Shown: one piece after another, positions 57,431 through 64,000 of the stretch | How positions within the stretch are numbered: position 1 is the first letter of the stretch | Layout: the number at the start of each line of letters is the position of its first letter | Origin: a bacterium | GTDB lineage: Bacteria > SAR324 > NAC60-12 | Direction of reading: 5' to 3' | NCBI GenBank assembly: GCA_965209155.1 | Contig: OZ242383.1 | Coordinates: forward strand, 2,784,001-2,848,000 | DNA length: 64,000 bases | The notes under the pieces: model-generated | Seen by the model: only the letters and a program-made list of their open reading frames with translations | Databases searched by the model: none | What the model was told of the DNA's origin: nothing | Program-made: the position numbers and the translations under genes

Positions 57431-60400
57431 TTATCCATAGGAAGCCTGAGGGTTGAAACAGACCACCGCACCGGTTGTACTGGTGGGGAAAAATTCATGC
57501 GATGCAGTGAGAACGATCCCCAGTTCTTCGGCATGCAGTAGCTCGTAGATCACGCGGTTGACAGCCACGTTCTGCAGTCCCGGATAGGCCGGACTGTAAC
57601 GAGTGCCTGCATTTGGGTCGGTTTCCGTATTTCGACGCAAGCGATCATGAAGATAAGAAGCCATATCTTCCGCCACCCGATCTGAGAGTCCTTGTAAATA
57701 AAGGGAAGATTCACTGTCGCCGTCCTCCTTGAATTTTTCGACGGCATTCGGACTTTCTTTTCCTCCTGTTGAAATTTGTAAACCAATCACGTCCATGTTT
57801 CCACTGGAACGGGGGAGAAAAAATTGAGCGGCAGAAAAGATATCCCGGTTCCCTTTTCCCACTACGACTGTGAAGTCGATGCGTGCAATTTCATCGTCCA
57901 AATTGTCAGGATGGTATACAATCACCTCATCGCCTTCGGCCTGACAAGGGAAAAGACCGATTTTTCCCTCAGGAACTATCCACTTGTGACGATGTGCGTC
58001 TTTGACCCACTTGTCTTTCAATTCTTCCACGTCCTGAATCGAGAAACCCTTTTGTTCCCATGCGCTTTTTCGTCCCAGCTTCCAGTTGAGCGCATAGAGA
58101 GTTTTCGTGTCCAGTGAAAGCTCGGGGAGAGGAACACGGACGCGTTCGATTCGATAGGAAACGGCAGGAGCTCCATAGTCCTCAAACGACACTTGCCGTC
58201 GGGGTAATGTAGCCAGCAGGGACTCCAACTTTTCGCTTTGCTGTCTGGCACGTAAATAGTACTTTTTCAACTCCTCGGCATTCGTTTGGGTGAATGATTC
58301 ACGATTCTCCGACTGCAACAGTTTCATGACGTTCACCCCATCCATACCCGATTGACAGTAAAAGACATTCTCCTTGATCTCATCCAGGTTCTCCTGTCCT
58401 CCCATTGCCACGTACCCGGCATGCCTTTTACTCACCGGTGCGCCGCCAATGAGCACTGGGATGGTCATCTCGGCCTCCTTCATCATCTTCACAACTGTGA
58501 TCATGTGATTGGATGTTTGTACCAGCAAGGCGCTCAAACCAATTGCGTCTGCTTTTTCAGTCCGGGCTGTGCTCAAATATTTTTCCAGAGGAACCTGCAC
58601 CCCCAGGTCAATGACGCGGTAGCCATAATTTTCAAAAAGGGTTTTGGCCAAATCTTTTCCGATGCTGTGCACATCCTGGTAGACGGTTCCCAGGACAATG
58701 GTTCCTTTAGAGCCTATCTCATCCGTGATTTCCACCCCTGTCTTTTTCTTCATGTAGGTTTCCAGGAAACCCATCACCTGCTTCATCACGTCTGCCGACT
58801 TGAGCAAATGAGGTAATGAGACTTCTCCACGTCCAAATCCATCTCCCAATTCCTGCATGGCCACCATCAAGTAATCATTGATCAAGTCCAATGGAGCAAT
58901 ATCTCGAATGATTTCGGCAACTTGCAAGACGATCTTATCCTGGTAATCAAAGGACATCCCTTCCATTTCCAATTGCCCGGGGGTGCGTTCTTTAAATCCG
59001 TCCTTTATTTTTTCACAAACGGCGCGTGTTAACGACAAATCGTTATAGTTGTTCAGACGCTTTTTAGTTTTCCCTCGTTTTGCTTGGGCGATTTCTTCCA
59101 ACATTTCAAAAGCTTCCATGTCGCGTTCCAAAATGATTTTCAATCCCAATTGGTAGTCGTGGACATCGAGGCTTTCGACAGGAACATAATGATTGGGGTT
59201 GACGATGGCCGCATCCAGTCCTTTTTTACGAGCTTCATCGAGAAAGACGGAAGTGAGGACCACGCGCATGTATGGTTTTTTAGCCAATCCATTGGTTAAA
59301 TTTCCCACGCCGATAGAAGTGCGCAAGTCGGGATGGATTGCTTTGATACGAGGAATGGCGTTTAAAGATTCAAGGGCGAAGTTTGCGCCTTCCACCGACT
59401 CGGCTCCGATAGGAAAAGCATTGATGTCGATGAGCAATTGATCGGCAGTCACGCCATGTGTTGCGCAGCTTTCAACGATTTGCCGCGCCAGGTCGCATTT
59501 GTCTTCAACTGTCAAGCCCGGTCCTTGGGGACCCGTTGCCAGAGCAATGTAGAGGGGGTGATGAAATTTAGTGACTGGCACCAAGGCATCGACTTTGGTC
59601 AACCCGGTTTGATATTCTTCCATGGAGATCGAATTGACGATCGGTCTGCCGGGGTAGACTTTGATGGCTTCTCTCAAAGCGGACACGTCGAACGAATCCA
59701 GACAAAAAACTCCGGGAAAATCAGTCGTCAATTCTTGAATCACCCGTGGCAGGATTTCAACGGTATCCACCAGGTTGGAATCCATACAAATGTCGACAAT
59801 TTGCACTCCCAACTCCTTCACTTGTTCATTGACCACCTCTTCCAGGATATCGAATTCGACAGACTGGTTTTCATTTTCAACCGCATCCCGCACTTTCCTG
59901 GAGCCTCGTACGTTCAAACGTTCTCCAATACGAATCAGGTTTTCCGAGCTATCCAGCAACACTGCATTTTGGGCTCCGGAAATATAATCCCCTTGCTCAA
60001 TTTTGCGCTCAATCGGACTTTTGCCATGAACAGCATTCGCAATCGCTCGAATATGGGCCGGTGTTGTACCGCAACATCCCCCAATCAGGTTGACGCCGTG
60101 TTTTTCAACAAACATTCGTAAATATTCGGCAATGGATTGTGGTCCTACTTTATAGACGGTCTGGCCGTTTTCAGAGACTGGCAATCCCGCGTTGGGTACC
60201 ACGGAAATCGGTAATTTGCAGTATCGAGCGATTTTTTCTACAGTGGGAATCATCAAATCCGGTCCGATGGAACAATTGATGCCGAAAACATCGATGCCGA
60301 TATCCTGGACCGTAGTGAGGGCGGCGTGGATGTCCGTGTTGAAAATCTGCATTTTACAGAATTCATCAACCGTCACCTGAACAATGATGGGGAGGCGGAC

Positions 60401-61036
60401 GTGTTTTTCCGCCATCGCTCTCAACCCTCCGGCAACGGCGGCCTTGACTTCCAGGATATCCTGCTGTGTTTCGTATAGAAGCGCATCCACCCCGCCGTCC
60501 AGCAAACCCAGTACCTGGTGGTAAAAATTAGCTTCCAGTTGATCCCAGTTCCCCTTATTCAAGTTAGCGGTCGTGCTCGATAAGACCCAGTTTGAAGGAC
60601 CGATGGAACCAAGAACAAACAAAGGTCTTCCGTCATATTCCTCTGAGAGCGAGTACGACCGCAATGCCTTTCGAGCCACCTGGGCGCCGATCAGGCTGGC
60701 ATAGTACGCAAGTTCTTCGTACGATAAATTGACCAGGTTCAGGTCATATGGAATGCCTTTAAAGGACCTTGCGTCTATTTTTTTAAAGTCGAAATCTCCC
60801 AGTCGCAAGGGACTCGATCCAAAAGTGTTGGTTTCTACGGCATGGGCTCCTGCTCGAAAATAGTCGAGGTGAATGTTTTCTACTGCACCTGGCAGGGAAA
60901 AATTCAGCATGTCCGTCAACATGCGAAATGCGGACCCTCCATAATCTTCATCGTCGAGTCCCAGGTTCTGGATCATGGTCCCCATCGCCCCGTCCAGTAC
61001 AATCACCTGAGATTTCAATGCCTCTAACAACTGCAT
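57431..61036 (-). CDS. metH: B12-dependent methionine synthase
   Basis: LDGAMGT, G.NC, GGCCGTT, IGER.N, DVHSIGK cobalamin motif, RYSPAYP activation domain. Confidence 0.92.
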   Translation of the reverse strand: MQLLEALKSQVIVLDGAMGTMIQNLGLDDEDYGGSAFRMLTDMLNFSLPGAVENIHLDYFRAGAHAVETNTFGSSPLRLGDFDFKKIDARSFKGIPYDLNLVNLSYEELAYYASLIGAQVARKALRSYSLSEEYDGRPLFVLGSIGPSNWVLSSTTANLNKGNWDQLEANFYHQVLGLLDGGVDALLYETQQDILEVKAAVAGGLRAMAEKHVRLPIIVQVTVDEFCKMQIFNTDIHAALTTVQDIGIDVFGINCSIGPDLMIPTVEKIARYCKLPISVVPNAGLPVSENGQTVYKVGPQSIAEYLRMFVEKHGVNLIGGCCGTTPAHIRAIANAVHGKSPIERKIEQGDYISGAQNAVLLDSSENLIRIGERLNVRGSRKVRDAVENENQSVEFDILEEVVNEQVKELGVQIVDICMDSNLVDTVEILPRVIQELTTDFPGVFCLDSFDVSALREAIKVYPGRPIVNSISMEEYQTGLTKVDALVPVTKFHHPLYIALATGPQGPGLTVEDKCDLARQIVESCATHGVTADQLLIDINAFPIGAESVEGANFALESLNAIPRIKAIHPDLRTSIGVGNLTNGLAKKPYMRVVLTSVFLDEARKKGLDAAIVNPNHYVPVESLDVHDYQLGLKIILERDMEAFEMLEEIAQAKRGKTKKRLNNYNDLSLTRAVCEKIKDGFKERTPGQLEMEGMSFDYQDKIVLQVAEIIRDIAPLDLINDYLMVAMQELGDGFGRGEVSLPHLLKSADVMKQVMGFLETYMKKKTGVEITDEIGSKGTIVLGTVYQDVHSIGKDLAKTLFENYGYRVIDLGVQVPLEKYLSTARTEKADAIGLSALLVQTSNHMITVVKMMKEAEMTIPVLIGGAPVSKRHAGYVAMGGQENLDEIKENVFYCQSGMDGVNVMKLLQSENRESFTQTNAEELKKYYLRARQQSEKLESLLATLPRRQVSFEDYGAPAVSYRIERVRVPLPELSLDTKTLYALNWKLGRKSAWEQKGFSIQDVEELKDKWVKDAHRHKWIVPEGKIGLFPCQAEGDEVIVYHPDNLDDEIARIDFTVVVGKGNRDIFSAAQFFLPRSSGNMDVIGLQISTGGKESPNAVEKFKEDGDSESSLYLQGLSDRVAEDMASYLHDRLRRNTETDPNAGTRYSPAYPGLQNVAVNRVIYELLHAEELGIVLTASHEFFPTSTTGAVVCFNPQASYG

Positions 61037-61048
61037 CAATTTTGTTCC

Positions 61049-62827
61049 TTACAATGCTTGGTCCAGTGAATCAATGACCGGTTTGATTTGTTCTTCACAC
61101 CCGACAGACAATCGAATCAAATAACGGGGGAGCCCAATGGCATCCAGGCATTCGTCCGACTCATGATAGTGGGCCAGCATGGTATAGGGACAAAGAATCG
61201 TTTGATTAGATCCCAGGCTGGGGGCTTTCAATATATGGAGAAGCGGAGCATCATAGAATTGACGTAATCCCTCCAACCCCGGACGTTTCAAAGTAAAGCT
61301 CATCACGCTACCAGGACCTTTCAACAGACGTCGTGAAACGTGATAACTGCGATGTGAGGGTAAATTGTGGAAATATAATCTATCTACGCCAGGATGTTTT
61401 TGAAGAAATTCCGATACCTGCAGCGCATTGGCTCGGAAGCGTTGCATGCGTTTCTCAAAATCCTGTATCTGCTCCCACAATACGGCGCTTTCCAGGGAAG
61501 AAAGATCATTGCCCCATTGCTGCTGGTATAGTCTGATTCGGGTTACCATTTCCGCATCATTCAGTAAAATCACGCCACCTCCGTGATCGTTCGTTCCATT
61601 CAGGTATTTAGTCGTACTGTGCACTACGAAATCCACTCCGAATTGCAAGGGTTTACAGTTGCTTGGAGTAGCAAAGGTATTGTCGACAATCACCGGAATC
61701 TGATGCGCTCGGGCCCTTTCGAGGATGCATTCCAGGTCTGGTACGTCGTTGAGTGGATTTGTAATGGTTTCAGTGATGATGGCCGCAATCTGGTCACTCA
61801 GCGCGTTTTGGAATTGATCCATTTCATCCACGCCGATAAAACGGTTCTCTACCGGTATCCGCTGTTTGGCATGAGTGAGGAGAGCGTAAGTATCGGTATA
61901 AAGGTGGCCGATCGCAATGATTTTAGCTTTTTCAGGACGTCTCAGCAGGTTCATCAGCGTGCTGATGGCTTGCATGCCAGAAGGAAACAGAAATCCATAA
62001 CGCGCATTTTCCATTTCACAAAGTCGTTCAATCAATTTCTCTTTGCGTGAATCTGCTGGCGTCTCCGCTTCTCCCAAAAAATAAGCAGCGTCTCGACTTG
62101 AAAGAATGGGTCCCCGCTGAATTCGTAATTTTTTCAGCTCTTCCATCTGACGATCCAGGTTACTGAGGATAGCGCCTGCGCCAACCTCATCGTTCGCTTT
62201 GTTCAGTGGAAAAACCCAATAGTTGACCAGCCTGGAGCCTCTTTCTTTTGGTGGGAACCCTCCTGAAAGCAAGACGATGGGGATCCGACTGGACTTTGCC
62301 GCCTTTAAAAAAGATTCGCGAGTTTCTATAAAAGCACCGGGATCCCGAACATCGATGACCAGCAATTCGTCCTTTTCCCCGGAAAAAGGAAGAAAGGTTT
62401 CAATTCGTGCGGGATTGACGAGGCAAACCTTGGTCTTCAATGCAGAGAGAGAGGATTCAATGGAAAATGGCGCTCCTGCTTCGTGATCCGAAACCAGTTT
62501 TATCCGCATCCGAGGTTTTGTGAACAACAGGTAATCCAATAATTCCAAAGCAGCAGATTGAAAAGAAGTGTATAGCAGACAATGCCGAATCTGGTAATGC
62601 TCCTGCAACCCTTGTTGAATCCTGTACAATGGGGGACTGTCAATGAACCGGTAGTATCCGAAGTCGAAAAAACAGCGCCCTTCCTGCCAATCGATGATCT
62701 CGTCCAGCGTGGGAATGGTGGCCGTCACTGAAAAAGGTCCGTTGACCGGCTCAGCTTGACGTCTCAGATCGTCGGCCGGTGGATTTTGTGGAAGAGGAAA
62801 GGGAAAGCGGGTCTGGTTCATATACAT
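61049..62827 (-). CDS. Long Cys/Met-metabolism PLP enzyme (cystathionine gamma-synthase-like)
   Basis: F.SGM.AI, ET.TNP, VDNTFA, HSTTKYL.G, PSLG, IRLSVG.E; about 250-aa N-terminal extension. Confidence 0.85.
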   Translation of the reverse strand: MYMNQTRFPFPLPQNPPADDLRRQAEPVNGPFSVTATIPTLDEIIDWQEGRCFFDFGYYRFIDSPPLYRIQQGLQEHYQIRHCLLYTSFQSAALELLDYLLFTKPRMRIKLVSDHEAGAPFSIESSLSALKTKVCLVNPARIETFLPFSGEKDELLVIDVRDPGAFIETRESFLKAAKSSRIPIVLLSGGFPPKERGSRLVNYWVFPLNKANDEVGAGAILSNLDRQMEELKKLRIQRGPILSSRDAAYFLGEAETPADSRKEKLIERLCEMENARYGFLFPSGMQAISTLMNLLRRPEKAKIIAIGHLYTDTYALLTHAKQRIPVENRFIGVDEMDQFQNALSDQIAAIITETITNPLNDVPDLECILERARAHQIPVIVDNTFATPSNCKPLQFGVDFVVHSTTKYLNGTNDHGGGVILLNDAEMVTRIRLYQQQWGNDLSSLESAVLWEQIQDFEKRMQRFRANALQVSEFLQKHPGVDRLYFHNLPSHRSYHVSRRLLKGPGSVMSFTLKRPGLEGLRQFYDAPLLHILKAPSLGSNQTILCPYTMLAHYHESDECLDAIGLPRYLIRLSVGCEEQIKPVIDSLDQAL

Positions 62828-62842
62828 TCGGGAATGTTCGAG

Positions 62843-63307
62843 TCAATCAATACGCGTGATTTCGAAGTTTCTGGTATTCGGATTGAACCTGGCAAGAATT
62901 GCGCCGTCTCGTCTGCCATTTTTTATACCGCATACCAGGTAATGTATATCGGGATAGCGCGGTTCTCCATTCCACAATGCCTCTTCTCTGTCTTTCTCAG
63001 AAAAATAGGCCCCCACGTCGGGATGCGTGTGGAAAATTATTTTGATACGGAATTTCCTTTTTTTCAAATCCCGTTCCACTTTCAACTGTTCCAGCGGGTC
63101 CATCATATATGCGTTGCGGTTTGTACGGGGGTACATGTCAGGATCTTTTTTATGATAGTCATTCATCACGTTTTTCATGGAATGAACCTGGGCGAGATGA
63201 TCAACGTCGCTCACTTTTCCACTGATCATCCCACATGCTTCCTCCGGATATGAAGCAATTCCCAAAGCATAACACTGTTCCAGGATTTGAGGATCAAATG
63301 GAATCAT
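62843..63307 (-). CDS. JAMM/MPN+ metallopeptidase (Mec-like)
   Basis: YPEEACG and HTHPD...S..D JAMM motif. Confidence 0.9.
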   Translation of the reverse strand: MIPFDPQILEQCYALGIASYPEEACGMISGKVSDVDHLAQVHSMKNVMNDYHKKDPDMYPRTNRNAYMMDPLEQLKVERDLKKRKFRIKIIFHTHPDVGAYFSEKDREEALWNGEPRYPDIHYLVCGIKNGRRDGAILARFNPNTRNFEITRID

Positions 63308-63360
63308 TGTATTTCAGACTCGAAAGAGTTTCCGTAGAACGGCGATAACCCCGGTTTTTT

Positions 63361-63999
63361 TCATTCCTCTTGAAAAACAGGCATCACTTCTGTGATAAAT
63401 GCCTCGAAAGCATCCCAATTGATCGGAGGTCGAAACGCAATATTGAGACCCTTGACACCTGTTTCGGCATATTGACCAATTCGATCGATTGCTTGTTGGG
63501 GAGAGCCGGTCAGCACGCCGGAACCTATATTGGCGGGTATTTCTACGGGTGGAGCATCACCTGCGTCTCCGGAATTCATGAAAAAACCAAGGTTGGTGCT
63601 TGTTTCCAATTCGTCAGGGTCTCTCCCTGTTTTTTCGCACGCTTTCTCCAATCGCTGTAAACGATCTTTAACAGATTCAGGAGAAAGGTAGGGCATGTTG
63701 AAACCATCCGCATACTTCGCCGCAAATTGAGGCGTTCGTATTTTGCCTTTTCCTCCTACCCACAACCGAATTTCAGAGTTGTAGGGTCTGGGACTGGCAA
63801 CCGCGCCGGAGATATTGTAATAGCGCCCCTTGAAGTTGGTGACGGGATCACGAAACAGGGAACGGATAACCTGTAAGGATTCCTCCAATTGATCGAGACG
63901 TTGACCTAAAGGGGGAAAATCATATCCGAAATCCTGGAACTCTTCCTCGAACCAACCTGCGCCAAGGCCAATTTCCGCCCGTCCTCCGGAAATGTGATC
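63361..63999 (-). CDS. Luciferase-like (LLM class) flavin/F420-dependent oxidoreductase, 5'-truncated
   Basis: DHISGGR..GLGAGW read upstream of the tracked ORF; VGG.G, AA.YADG.N. Confidence 0.9.
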   Translation of the reverse strand, partial: DHISGGRAEIGLGAGWFEEEFQDFGYDFPPLGQRLDQLEESLQVIRSLFRDPVTNFKGRYYNISGAVASPRPYNSEIRLWVGGKGKIRTPQFAAKYADGFNMPYLSPESVKDRLQRLEKACEKTGRDPDELETSTNLGFFMNSGDAGDAPPVEIPANIGSGVLTGSPQQAIDRIGQYAETGVKGLNIAFRPPINWDAFEAFITEVMPVFQEE

Positions 64000-64000
64000 G

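Overview
Bacterial chromosomal window whose gene content suggests a deltaproteobacterium-like organism, possibly SAR324 (inference only). Two housekeeping blocks flank an accessory region. The left block (1-24.2 kb) holds tsaD, a SurA-like PPIase, metK, HPr, aroE, xseA, a Tat sulfite oxidase-like enzyme, ruvAC, yebC, a short purH, yejABEF, rsmD and uppS-cdsA-dxr-rseP. The right block (42-64 kb) holds alkA, GST, msrA, an aminotransferase, csp, tRNA-Val/Asp, iscRSU-hscBA, tyrS, a lone nuoM, and a JAMM protease-PLP enzyme-metH cluster. The accessory region (about 24.3-41.3 kb, ending before tRNA-Lys) carries two ATPase-less peptide ABC clusters, a chimeric duplicate permease, an AAA/PD-(D/E)xK gene, two thermonucleases, DprA, and probable remnants of RAYT, BrxA and RecQ genes. 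The most striking observation is a 568-bp unit present twice (24342-24909 and 48234-48801, 8 substitutions). It carries a four-helix-bundle gene tightly bracketed by a 42-nt periodic inverted repeat, inside same-orientation terminal hairpins resembling IS200/IS605 ends, with no transposase in the window. Nested MITE/REP elements with hairpins inside hairpins are also present. No CRISPR array, rRNA, integrase or reverse transcriptase was seen. All product calls come from motif recognition by eye, not database searches.
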